This document shows positions 42,701 through 52,721 of a DNA stretch of 64,000 nt, piece after piece. The translations under genes were made by a program, and so were the position numbers. The notes below the pieces were generated by a model, which was given only the letters and a program-made list of their open reading frames with translations, ran no database searches and was not told the origin of the DNA. Position 1 is the stretch's first letter, and the number at the start of each line of letters is the position of its first letter. Source of the DNA: an uncultured delta proteobacterium (lineage in GTDB: Bacteria; Myxococcota; Myxococcia; Myxococcales; Myxococcaceae); the NCBI GenBank assembly GCA_963771175.1, contig CAVYSY010000001.1, forward strand, positions 64,001 through 128,000, written 5' to 3'.

Positions 42701-43948
42701 GGCCACGAGGCGCTGACGGCGTTCGGCCTGCTGCACTTCGCGGACATGAAGCAGGTGCGCGAGGTGGATGCGGAGATGCTGGCTCGCACGCGCGAATGGA
42801 TGCTGCGGCAGCGCGACGGAAAGGGCGGGTTCGAGCGCAAGCGGCGCGCGCTCCACACGTGGATCGAGGACCCCGACACCTCGAACGCGTACATCACCTG
42901 GGCGCTGCTGGAGAGCGCGAACCGCCCGGCCGAGCTGGCGCGCGAGCTGGAGAAGGAGATCGGCTCGCTCAAGGTGGCGGCGGCGAAGAGCCAGAACAGC
43001 TACGTGCTGGCGCTCACCGCGAACGTGCTGGCGCTGGCTCGCGAGACGGGCGAGGCCAGGAAGCTGATGGACCGGCTCGCCGCGAAGCAGGGCAAGGAGG
43101 GCGTGGTGGAGGGCGGCACGCAGTCCATCGTGGGCAGCTCGGGTGAGGCGCTGCAGATCGAGACCACGGCGCTGGCGGTGCTGGCGTGGCTGCGCGAGCC
43201 GGCGTACGCGGGGAACGTGGAGCGCTCGATGAAGTTCCTGGCCAACTCGTGCGATGGCGGCCGGTACGGCTCCACGCAGAGCACGGTGCTGGCGCTGAGG
43301 GCGATCGTCACCTACGACAAGATGCGGGCGGCGAAGCGGGCGCCTGGCGCGGTGCGGGTCTACGTGGACGGCCAGCCGGTGGGCAACGCGGTGAAGTTCG
43401 AGGCGTCGGCGCAGGAGGCGATCAAGCTGCCGGACGTGTCCGAGCTGCTCGTCCCGGGCGACCGGAAGCTCGAGCTGCGGATGGAGGGGGGCACGGAGCT
43501 GCCGTACTCCATCGAGGTCACCTACAACGCGCTGGTGCCGGCCAGCTCGAAGGAGACGCAGGTGTCGCTCGAGGTGGCGCTGGCGAAGACGGCGCTCACC
43601 GAGGGCGAGCCGACGGAGGCGCGGGTCATGGTGGCCAACAAGACGGACCAGAAGCTGCCCACGGCGGTGGCGATCTTCGGGGTGCCGGGCGGGCTCGAGG
43701 TGCGGCACGACCAGCTCAAGGAGCTGGTGAAGAAGAAGACGGTGGACGCCTACGAGGTGATTGGGCGCGACGTGGTGCTCTACTGGCGCGGCATGGAGCC
43801 TCGCAAGCGCATCGACGTGCCGCTGTCGCTGATCGCGGCGGTGCCCGGCACCTATACGGGCCCGGCGAGCCGCGCGTACCTGTACTACACGGATGAGCAC
43901 AAGACGTGGCAGGACGGCGTGAAGGTGTCGATCGCGCCCAGGCAGTAG
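39761..43948 (+). CDS. Alpha-2-macroglobulin (thioester-containing) family protein
   Basis: MG2 TDKPLYRPGE, TDKKSYIPGD, FSETLYWN, thioester PYGCFEQT, YGSTQSTVLAL, C-terminal RAYLYY; Pro-rich bait-like region. Confidence 0.92.
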   Translation: MLEYLAPRTVVALLALGLSVPFSLNQYVLGAKADTQSLGGPNRYQTFVSTDKPLYRPGEQVMARGLLLHANDRKPHPGGAPAQIEIRGPKGDVVTSAMVNIQDAVWGYSWAVPAEAAGGEYTLKVSYPRTGDAPAERKFDVRAYRAPRLKSQIEFLRDGYGPGDTVTATLDVKRAEGGVPAGAKVTATALVDGAAAAQVSGTVNEKGLCTVSFKLPARIDRGEGSLAFAIEDGGVVETAAKTIPILLQTLDLAMYPEGGDLVAGLLGRVYFEAKTPAQKPADLVGAVVDQATGQVVATVRSEHEGRGRFELTPKAGAKYALRIDEPSGIRKTFPLPEVKAKGAILRASEDVVAAGKPVTLSVALSGVSKAKLTLSKREVEVASAQVGDGGRVTLNPKDADGVLVATVWDHDGRPLAERLVFRQPAKAVNIEVRTDKKSYIPGDTVQLTAKTTQDGKPVSAVVMLTVTDDAVLELIEKRDQAPQLPVMVLLEPEVKELADAHVYLDEKNPKARLAVDLLLGTQGWRRFALANAVNFVAQHGDLARRALAVRVPTGYGEFEGGFAADDDFGGMPDGARRRSMPKKPMMARGGAEPEDMPVPMAAPPPQAARPPPAPQPAAAPPPPPVMRQQPVGRVAEARPEPMPNASMAGAVARSDRAKRDMDLLLAKEEVAAMPRLQQQQVVYFREYAHTVRPGRKAGDRVDFSETLYWNAGVRTDAKTGEAKVSFGLNDSVTSFKAFAGAVGNDGALGSAVAEIESVQPFYVEPKIPLEVTSGDVIQLPVALVNGTASPLKGAGLKLELKGDVRVGALGTVDLAAKERVRRIVELKIGQESKPVDLKLAASAGNYMDTVTRTLTIKPNGFPISASFGGLVSAQRPAVHTVTLPANVVRGSVKSSVVVYPTPLANMTESLARLIRDPYGCFEQTSSTTYPLTMAQQYFQSHSGVDPTLVATAKEKLEAGYKRLVGFETSERGYEWFGENPGHEALTAFGLLHFADMKQVREVDAEMLARTREWMLRQRDGKGGFERKRRALHTWIEDPDTSNAYITWALLESANRPAELARELEKEIGSLKVAAAKSQNSYVLALTANVLALARETGEARKLMDRLAAKQGKEGVVEGGTQSIVGSSGEALQIETTALAVLAWLREPAYAGNVERSMKFLANSCDGGRYGSTQSTVLALRAIVTYDKMRAAKRAPGAVRVYVDGQPVGNAVKFEASAQEAIKLPDVSELLVPGDRKLELRMEGGTELPYSIEVTYNALVPASSKETQVSLEVALAKTALTEGEPTEARVMVANKTDQKLPTAVAIFGVPGGLEVRHDQLKELVKKKTVDAYEVIGRDVVLYWRGMEPRKRIDVPLSLIAAVPGTYTGPASRAYLYYTDEHKTWQDGVKVSIAPRQ

Positions 43949-44715
43949 CCCGCGCAGGAGCACCCAGCGCGCGCATCAGGACTTACCCGAAGCCCCTGCT
44001 CAGGCTGGAAGGGGCGTACCACCCGCCTCACCGAGAGGCGGGTGACGCCCGGACTACGCCCGATGAACAGGGTGTGCATCGGGCCCCCGCCCTTGCCGCG
44101 CGCGGGTGTCTCCACCACCTCGGTGTCGAAGCCCGCCCGCTTCAACCGGTTGGCGAAGGCCTGGTCAGACGAGGCGGACCACACCACCAGCACTCCGCGT
44201 GACTTCAGCGCACGCTGGATGGCGTTCAGCCCGCGCTCACCGTAGAGCCAGCGGTTTGCTTCCTGGGTGAGCGCCTCGGGGCCGTTGTCCACGTCCAGCA
44301 GGATCGCGTCGTACTCGCCCTCCGCCTCGCGGAGCAGGACCCCCACGTCCCGCGCCTCCACCGTCACGCGCGCGTCCTCGAGGGGCCTCCCGGCCAGGGG
44401 CGCGAGCACGCCCTGGTTCCACGCGACCACCGCCGGCACCAGCTCGGAGACCACCACCTCGGCGCTCGGGGGCAGACGATCCAGCGCGGCCCGGACGGTG
44501 TAGCCCAGTCCCAGGCCTCCGATGAGCATTCGCGGCCGCTTCCCGGTGAGCTGGGTGCACGCCACCTCGGCCATCTTCTCCTCGGAGCCATGCTGTCGGC
44601 TGGACATGAGCTCGCGGCCGCTGGCCCGGATGGCGAACTCCTCGCCCCGTTGGTGCAGCACCAACTCGCCTCCGCCCGGAGCGGGCGCTCGATCGATCAC
44701 CTTCCACGGCTTCAT
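43885..44715 (-). CDS. Spermidine synthase-like SAM-dependent methyltransferase (true stop probably near 44055)
   Basis: MKPWKVID, ELMSSR.HGSEE, LIGGLGLGY, ILLDVDNGP, VWSA; the 3' tail overlapping A2M is probably an indel artefact. Confidence 0.82.
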   Translation of the reverse strand: MKPWKVIDRAPAPGGGELVLHQRGEEFAIRASGRELMSSRQHGSEEKMAEVACTQLTGKRPRMLIGGLGLGYTVRAALDRLPPSAEVVVSELVPAVVAWNQGVLAPLAGRPLEDARVTVEARDVGVLLREAEGEYDAILLDVDNGPEALTQEANRWLYGERGLNAIQRALKSRGVLVVWSASSDQAFANRLKRAGFDTEVVETPARGKGGGPMHTLFIGRSPGVTRLSVRRVVRPFQPEQGLRVSPDARAGCSCAGYCLGAIDTFTPSCHVLCSSV

Positions 44716-44924
44716 TGAGGGCCACCATACCCGCGAGAGGCGGAAAGCAGGCGGCGGAAATCGAAGCGGCTGGGGGCCGCTCCGCCTCGGGAGTGCTGCC
44801 TGGGCGGCCATCCACGCCACGTCGGCCGCGGTGTCGCCCTTGCCAACGCCCAGCAGCTGCCTGGCGATTCCCCCGAGTCGCCCTGATGATTCGCTGGGGT
44901 GTGTGGCATAGAATGCTCGACTGA

Positions 44925-46956
44925 ATGATTGCACAGCGACCTTGTCGCACCTGCGGGAACACTCTTCCGGACGGGGCGATGGAATGCCCCCGTGACGGAA
45001 CTCCCACCGGCCTGGAGTCCTCCACCGACGAGGTCTGGGAGTCCACCGTCCGCAAGGACGTGATGGTGGGTCAGAAGCTCGGCGAGTACGTGGTGCGCCG
45101 ACGCATCGGCAGCGGGGGCATGGGCGTCGTCTATGAGGGCGAGCACCCGGTCATCGGTCGCAAGGTCGCCATCAAGATCATCCGCCCGGACTCCTCGGAG
45201 GGCGTGCGCTCGCGAGACCTCATCGACGAGGCGCGCGCGGCGAGCGCCATCCGCCATCGCGGCATCATCGACATCTTCGGCTTCGGCACGCTCCCGGGCA
45301 TCGGCCAGTACCTGGTGATGGAGTTCCTCAATGGTCGGCCGCTGGATGAGGTCATCCTGGACCGGGCACCGATGCGGGCCGCCGAGGTCATCCGGCCCAT
45401 CATCGAGGTGCTCGGCGCGCTGGGGGCCGCGCACGCCGAGGGCGTCATCCACCGCGACCTCAAGCCGGGCAACATCTTCGTCGTACTGGAGTCGAACGGC
45501 ACGGAGTACGTGAAGGTGCTGGACTTCGGGCTCGCCAAGCGGGGGGCCGCACCCAACAGCGCCACGCCGCAGACGCGCGTGAGCATGATCGTCGGCACCC
45601 CCGAGTACATGGCTCCGGAGCAGGCCTGTGGCCAGTCGGTGAGCCCGCGCACGGACCTGTACGCGGTGGGCATCATCATGTTCGAGATGCTCACCGGGCG
45701 GCTGCCCTTCCGGGGCGACTCGGCGATGCATACGGCCATCATGCAGGTGCAGACGCCGCCGCCCTCGCCCTCGAAATTCGTGGACGGGCTGCCGCCCGAG
45801 CTCGAGGACCTCATCCTCCGGCTGCTGGCGAAGGAGCCCGACCAGCGGCCCGCCTCGGCCGACCTCGTGGCGCGCGAGCTGAAGGCCATCGCCAAGATGC
45901 TGGCCGTCGAGATGACCCAGCTCTCCGGGTTCGCCCGGGCCGTGTCGGAGCCCACTTCCGAGCCCGTCTCCGCGGTGCGTGCCCAGGCCCGGCAGGGGGC
46001 CCCCGGAGCGGCCGCGCAGCGCGGTGGGACCCGTCAGCCCGTGGCGGCCTCGGATCTGGAGACGGCGGCGGCTCCGCGGACCCACGCGCGTCCGGCGCTC
46101 TCTCCACCGCCGCCCGAGGTGGCTTCCCGGAGCGCGCCCGGCTCACGTCCGGCGGCCCCCGCGCGTGCCCAGGCCGCGCGCCCGCAGCCCGCGCGGGCGC
46201 CCGTTCCTCGTACTCAGCTCCTCACCGAGGAGCCGCCGCGGGAGGTGCGCAGTGGCGCGAAGGTCCCTGATACCGATGAGAGCGTGCGCTCGCCGCGCCC
46301 CTCACGGGGAGTGAAGCCGGCAGTAGCCGTGGGTGTGGCGGCGCTCCTCATCTGCGCGGGAATGGGGCTGGTGATGCTCCGGTCCAACGAGGGTCCGAGC
46401 GTGCCGCTGGGCAGTGAGAGGACCGTGTCGAAGGGGCCGACGCCCCTGGACCCGGTGGTCGTGCCCCCGCCTGCTCCGAAGGAAGAACCCAATCCGAAGG
46501 AAGAACCCAAGGCGACGACCGTCTCGCTGCAGCAGCCTCCATCCCCCCGTGAACCCGCCGCACTCCCAGTCCGGGACGGAGACGTCCGAGAAGAACGAGA
46601 CGCAGGTCACCCCGCGGACAGAGACCCCGGACCCGGACGAGACATCGGCGCCGCGGAAGTCCAACACGGCCTCCGCGCAGCAGAAGGATCCGAAGACGGG
46701 GACTGGCAAACCGCGCCGTACCATCAATGGGAATGGGACCCTCAAGCTGGTGGCGGAGTGTTGGGCCGAGATCTTCGTCGACAGCACCTCTATCGGGAGG
46801 GCCCCAAGACCTCCCGTCGTGCTGTCCGCCGGCAAGCACACGCTCGAACTGCGCGGCAATCCGAAGGTCAGCGAGCAGCGGAAGGAGATCCTCATCCCGC
46901 TGAACGGGACGTTCAGTCACACCATCACCTGCGGAGCAGATGGGGCCGGTGGCTAG
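44925..46956 (+). CDS. Zinc-ribbon Ser/Thr kinase with TM helix and C-terminal PEGA-like domain (frameshift near 46550)
   Basis: CRTC...CPRDG, GSGGMGVVY, HRDLKPGN, DFGLAK, GTPEYMAPE; TM AVAVGVAALLICAGMGLV; GTLKL...WAEIFVD...IG..P...LSAGKHTLEL. Confidence 0.9.
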
Positions 46957-47065
46957 AACGGCCCTCCTGAAGTAGGGCTCGGTGGGCCTCCACACCCGTG
47001 GATGCCCGGGGCCGCTTCAGCTCCTCGTATACGCAAGCCACCTCTCGGAATATGCTCGGCAACCG

Positions 47066-47737
47066 ATGTGCCGACATCTGTCCCTCTCCGTGCTCGCCTT
47101 GTCCGTGGCAATCGCCCCAGCTGCCGAAGCTGCCGAAGCCACCCTTCCGGGCCTTACCGCCTACCGCACCGGTGACTTCGAAGGCGCCGTGACGCAGTTT
47201 CGCGAAGCAATGCCGAACCTGCGGTCCTGGGAGCGGATGCGGGCGTGGACTTATCTGTCCGCCTCGTTGTTCGCGCTCGGTAGGACGGATGAAGCCGAGC
47301 TGAACCTGCGGCAGCTGTTTCGCGAGTTCCCTGAAGCGAAGCTCGACCCTTCAGTCTTCGAGCCTGGGCTCGTTGCGCTCTCCGAACGGGTTCATGTCGA
47401 AGAAACCCCCAAGACGGTTCAGAAGCCGTTCGCGACGCCCCCGCCGAAGGACGTACCCGTCGTCACCAAGAGCTCGAGCCCCCTCCCATTCATCGCGACC
47501 GGAGGAGCGGTCCTGGCGCTCGGCGCGGGAGCCTGGTTCGCCACGTCGTCGTCGAATCAGCGAAATCAGCTCGACCGATCGTTCGATCCTTCCGGCCGCT
47601 CGACGCTGACGTACCCGGAGGCGCAGGCGCTCGCGGGAGGGGCAAATCGTGACGTGGCCCTGGTTGCGGTTTCGGCCGCGACTTCGGCGACGCTCACCGG
47701 TCTCGCCATCTGGCTGTGGACGCGGAGCGAAGAATGA
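47066..47737 (+). CDS. Secreted TPR-like protein with C-terminal hydrophobic helices
   Basis: Signal peptide; AYRTGDFEGAV..F, YLSASLFALGRTDEA, LDP..F.P; two hydrophobic segments. ATGA coupling to next gene. Confidence 0.65.
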   Translation: MCRHLSLSVLALSVAIAPAAEAAEATLPGLTAYRTGDFEGAVTQFREAMPNLRSWERMRAWTYLSASLFALGRTDEAELNLRQLFREFPEAKLDPSVFEPGLVALSERVHVEETPKTVQKPFATPPPKDVPVVTKSSSPLPFIATGGAVLALGAGAWFATSSSNQRNQLDRSFDPSGRSTLTYPEAQALAGGANRDVALVAVSAATSATLTGLAIWLWTRSEE

Positions 47738-49584
47738 TGCATCGACTCACGGGCCTGGTGTGCGCGGTGCTCGCCGGCTTCGGCTGCGCGGGGCTTCCCG
47801 AGGATGGCCTGTTCTTCTGCGAGCCCGGGCGGGTCTGCACTCAGCGCACCGCGGACGGGACTCCGTACGTCTGCTACCCCGACGACTACTGCCGTCCGCC
47901 CGGCACGCCGAGCGCCGACACTGACGCCGGAGCCACTGACGCCGGAGCCACCGACGCTGGAGCTACCGACGCTGGAGCCACCGACGCTGGAGCCACCGAC
48001 GCATGCGTGCCGATCTCGTGCTCCGTGGAAATCTGCGGTTCGCTCGACAACGGCTGCGGGACGACAATCGACTGCGGCGGCTGTGGCACTGGGTTCTTCT
48101 GCGGAAACAACAGATGCCAGCAGTGTGCGGCGACCGACCTGCCAGATGATGCGTTCGACGATCGGAACTGCGACGGAATCGACGGGCAGCTCGACGGCGG
48201 CATTTTCGTCTCCGAAGACATCGGGAACGACAGTTGGCCGGGCACGAAGTCGCAGCCGGTAGCGTCGCTCGCGGTCGCGTTCGACCGCGCACGGGCCGCT
48301 CCTCATAAGACGATCTACGTCGGCAGTGGGACCTACGACGCCGGCTCGTCGGGCATGCTCTGGGACTCGCCGGTGTCGCTGTATGGCGGCTACTCCGCGG
48401 ACTTCAGTTCGCGCGACGCGGTGACGAGCCCCGTTCTTCTGGTCGGCGCGGACGGCATCCGGGTGACCGCCACCGACGGCGGATTCACCATCGAGCGCAT
48501 CTCCGTGAGCGCCGGAAACGCGGTCGGAGACGGCAAGCCATCGGTAGCAATGACGGTGCTCAACGCGCAGGGCCTTGCGCTCCGCCACGCGTTGCTCCGA
48601 GCCGGTAACGGCAGCGCCGGCACGGGTGGTCAAGCCGGCGGCGACGGCGCGGCCGGCCTGAATGGAGCCGATGGAGGGATCGCCAACAACGCCAGCGCCG
48701 GAGCGGGCGCGGGCTCCACCGGATCGCCCTGCGGCAGTGCGGGCGGCGCCGGAGGCGGGGGCGGCACTCACTACACCGGTACGCCGGGTGTTGGCGAGTC
48801 GGGCACTGCTGGCGCCAACAACGTCGGCTCCGGGGGCCTCGGCGGCTCTCGCTTCACGGGCTGTGACAACCAGGGGACGTGCGGCTCATGCCCGCAGGGA
48901 ACGGCTGGTGCCTGGCGGAAAAGGCGGCGACGGTGCCAACGGAGTCGACAGTTCGCGCGGGACGGCGGGGAACGGAACAGGTTCCGTCGTCAGCGGCGCC
49001 TGGACGGCCGGGAGCGGCGGCACCGGAGCGACCGGCGGCAACGGACGGGGAGGCGGAGGAGGAGGCGGCGGCGGCGCATACCAGATCTACACACGGCACC
49101 AGTTTCTGCTCGTTTGCGAATCCCGGCGGCGGGGGGGGCTCAGGCGGTGGCGGAGGTTGCGGCGGCCTTGGTGGCACCGGCGGTCGCGGCGGGGGCGCGT
49201 CTATTGCGCTGCTCCTGGCAAACGCTCGCGTTCAGGCCACCGCACTGACGCTTCAGACCGGCTCCGGCGGCAATGGAGGCTCGGGCGGTCCCGGCGGGAA
49301 GGGCGGAAGGGGCGGGGCGGGAGGCATGGGAGGTGTCGGCTTCGACAGCTTGGGCGAATCCGGCGGCCCAGGTGGTCAGGGCGGGCGAGGCGGTGATGGA
49401 GGAACCGGTGGTCCCGGCGGTGGCGGCGGTGGCGGACCTTCCGTCGGCATCTACTGCACCGGTTCGTCGACGGTCGTCCACGACGGCGGCATCACCTTCG
49501 TCGCCGGTATCGCCGGGCATGCCCGCGGACAACGGACTCGCTGGCCAGGGCGGGGCGGCATACCAGTGCACGGGCTACCCCTGA
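47734..49584 (+). CDS. Cys-rich, PGRS-like Gly-rich surface lipoprotein (DUF1565-like core), frameshifted
   Basis: LAGFGC lipobox-like; Cys-rich modules; GIFVS..GNDSWPGTKSQPV..L, IYVGSGTY, SLYGGY; long GGxGG tracts ending GGGGGGPS. Confidence 0.7.
47920..48003 (+). repeat. 15-bp tandem repeat (~5.6 copies) encoding (TDAGA)n linker
   Basis: AC(T/C)GACGC(C/T)GGAGC(C/T) units read directly. Confidence 0.9.
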
Positions 49585-49789
49585 GTGCTGTCTCCAGGGC
49601 GGTGGGCTGGTGCAGAGCGGCAGAGGAGGGCCGCTGACGGGTGGCAGCAGGGCCGTGCGCCGTGTCGGTACGCATAGGCGGAACAGAACGTATGTCGCCG
49701 GCAAGGTCGTCGTCGCGGTCGCCGCGGCCTGACTCGAAAGTATAGGAGGGCTGGAGGCCCCCTTGAGGGCGGGCCTTCACGCCCGCGTG

Positions 49790-52510
49790 TCACTCCTCGC
49801 GCGCCCGCCTCCTCCGGAGCGCCAGCGCGGCGAGCGCCAGCCACGCGAGCGGCGCCACGGGGGCCGCGCCGCAGCCGCAGCCGCTCTCGGCCTCCAGGTC
49901 GTTCGGCAAGCTCGCTCCAGCATCCGGCCCACCCGTCCCAGCATCCGGCTGCGCCAACTCGCAGCTCCCGTCACCGACGCACACCTTCACTTCGACCTGG
50001 GCCTGCGCTCCCGCCGTGTCGACCACGACGAACCGCACCGTGTGCAGGCCCGGCGATAGCCCCGTCGTGTCCCAGCGGTTGTGCTCTCCGCCGAAGTGGA
50101 AGTGATTGTCCGAGCGCGTGTCCGTGTAAAGCAGCTCCCCGTCCACGTAGAACCCGGCGAGGGTGCAGCCCACGTCGTCCACGCAGTCGCCGAAGAACTC
50201 CGCCATCGTCCCCGAGACGCGCTCCCCCTCCTTGGGGCGCGTGAGGACGGCGCGCGGCGGCTCATCCCGCTTCGTGGTGACGGTGAAGGTCTGCGTCCGC
50301 GTCCGGGGTCGCCCCGTTGGCCACCCGCACCGCTCACGTCCATCGCGCCCACCGCCGTGGGCGTCCAGGTGATGAGCGCCGCTGCTCACGTCGATGCTCA
50401 TGCCCTCCGGCACCGTGCCCACCAGCGAGTACGTGGGCTCCGGCCGGCCGTGCGGCCATTACGCTCGTAGCGGTAGGGAGCGCCCACCACCGCGGTGGTG
50501 ACAGGGTGGAGTTGATGGCGGGAGCCAGCGGCTCGTCGTCCGCCACGGTGACGGCACCGTGCGCGCATCCAGCGCCCGCGGCGGCCACGGTGAGCGTGGC
50601 GGTGTCCTCCACGTTGTCCGCATCCTCCGCGGCGGCCGCGCGTGACGGTCTGCGCCGTGTTCCAGTTGGCCGGCGTGAAGCTCGAGCGTCGCGCCCCCCG
50701 TGACGGTGACGTCCGTATCCCCTGCGTGTCCGCGCCACCGTGACGGTGACGTTCCCCGTGGGCTGCTTCGACAGCGCCACCGTGAAAGTGGCGGTGCCGC
50801 CCTCGTGCAACGCCACGCCGCTGGTGGACAGCACCAGCCGCGCCGCGTTGTTGTCGATGGTGTGACCACCACCGTCTCGGTGCCCAGCCCCTGCGCGGTC
50901 ACCAGGAAGGTGGCGGTGTCCGAGGTCCGAGTCCGCGTCCTCGGCCGCCGCGAGCGTCACGAGCTTGCGGCAGGCTCCAGTTGGTCGGCGTGAAGGTGAG
51001 CTGGTTTCGCTCGCGACGATCAGGTCCGCGATCCGCCCGGGGCCCGCTGCCACGCTGACGCGTGACGTCCGCCGTGGGGGCCTCGGCCAGCCGCACGGTG
51101 AAGACGGCGCGCGCCGCCCTCGACGACGCGCAGGTTCAGCCCGGAGACGATGAGCTTCTGCCCGGGCTCCGCCGGGGCATGATGCGGCGTCAGGACTCCG
51201 AGGTGACGCCCACGACGTACAGCGCGCCATCCGGCCCCACGTCCATGTCCACGCTTGGCGCTGAAGCCCGTGCCCCACTCGTCCACCGTGGCCACCGAGT
51301 TGTCCGCCGCCAGCGTGGCCCGCGTCACCTGTCCGGAGTTGTAGTCGCCGAAGAAGAAGTTGCCGCGGTAGACCGGCCGGGAAGAGCGTGGAGTCGTAGA
51401 AGGTGCCGCCCGTGATGGAGCCGCCCAGGTCCTGCGTCCTCGCCGTGCCACCGCCGCTCGTGCGCGTCCGGCCCCGCCTGCGCCAGCCGTGCACGTGGTG
51501 GGGCTCGGGGACGCTGGCCACGTACACAGAGACCCGTTGAAGCTCGCGTCCGTCACGCCGGACGACGGTGATCCTCTCGCCCTTGCGGAAGCCGTGCGTC
51601 CGCGGTGGTGGTGAAGGTGACGACGCCGCCCGCTGCGCACCGCCCCGCTCGCGGTGAGGGTGCGCGTGTCCGTGCCGTTGGTGCGGTACTTGATGACGGG
51701 CGTGATGAAGCCGGCGGGCTGGTTGTTCTCGTAGGCGTTGTAGCCGGCGTGGTCTGCCCGGCTCGGGACGAAGATCTGCTCGTAGCTCGTGCCCACCGAG
51801 TTCACCCACAGCTTCCCGGTGCCCGGCTGGAACGTGAAGGTGAACGGGTTGCGGAAGCCGCGCGCCCAGATGTACTCGTTGTTGGGGCCGACGCCGTCGT
51901 TGAACGGGTTGTCGTTGACGGGCGTGCCGTCCAGGTTGGCGCGGCCCACCTTGGCCGCCAGCGAGGTGAGGTCCGCGTCCACGCCGGTGCCGTTGCCCAG
52001 GTCGCCGATGGCCCAGTACAGCTTCCCGTCCGGCCCGAAGCCGAGACGCGCCACCGTCATGGTTCTGCCCGACCGTGGGCAGGCGTCGACGATGACCGTG
52101 CGCGCCGTGCCCACGCCGTTGGCGTCCGTGTAGCGGACGATCTGCTGCTCGGAGCGCGGAGACGCCGTGACGAAGAGGTAGACGTAGCGGTTGACGACGT
52201 AGTTCGGGTCGAACGCGATGCCGATGAGGCCGCACTCGCTGTTGGTGTAGACGGCGGGCTCCGTCGCGAACACCCGCGTCACCAGCGTGCCCCCCTGCGT
52301 CTCCGGGACGCCGTCCTTCAGCGATACGAGCCGCACCGTGCCGTTCTTGATGAGGATGAAGAGCCGACCCGAGCCGTCCGGCGCCCAGGCCATGCCCGTG
52401 GCCAGGGTCAGCGCGGTGGAGGTGTAACTCGTCTCCACGAAGCCGGTGGGCACCGTGGCCCCCACCGACATGGACATCAATAGGAGCGACGCGAGCAGGA
52501 AGGTGCGCAT
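49790..52510 (-). CDS. Glucose/sorbosone dehydrogenase (GSDH) beta-propeller + Ig-like domains + MYXO-CTERM sorting signal, many frameshifts
   Basis: Signal peptide; MAWAPDG, ECGLIGIAFDPNY, FGPDGKLY..GD, ARGFRNPF; Calx-beta/He_PIG/Big-like segments; C-terminus GCGCGAAP...LALAALALRRRR. Confidence 0.82.
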
Positions 52511-52594
52511 AGGACGGCGAAGCTAGCGCACGCGGAACGCGGCTTCAGTCCGTCAACCGTCCGCGGCCCCGCCCGTGCCGGCTTTTTCAGCCTT

Positions 52595-52619
52595 GGTGCT
52601 GTAACAGTGTGACAACACC
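52595..52619. promoter_or_regulatory. Palindromic operator candidate upstream of the GSDH gene
   Basis: GGTG-C-TGTAAC-AGT-GTGACA-A-CACC dyad. Confidence 0.45.
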
Positions 52620-52721
52620 GGACCGGACGCGATTGGATTGGGCCGGTCTACCCGCCCAGCGGCAACGCCACGTGGAAGGTGCTCCCGTGACCGGGGCGGC
52701 TTCACGTGAGACGTACCCGGC

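Noticed and set aside
39194..43963. 1589-aa antisense ORF (and similar long shadow ORFs at 19359, 26173 and 55106)
   Set aside because: Typical stop-poor antisense frames of high-GC3 genes; R/H/L/V-rich with no domain motifs.
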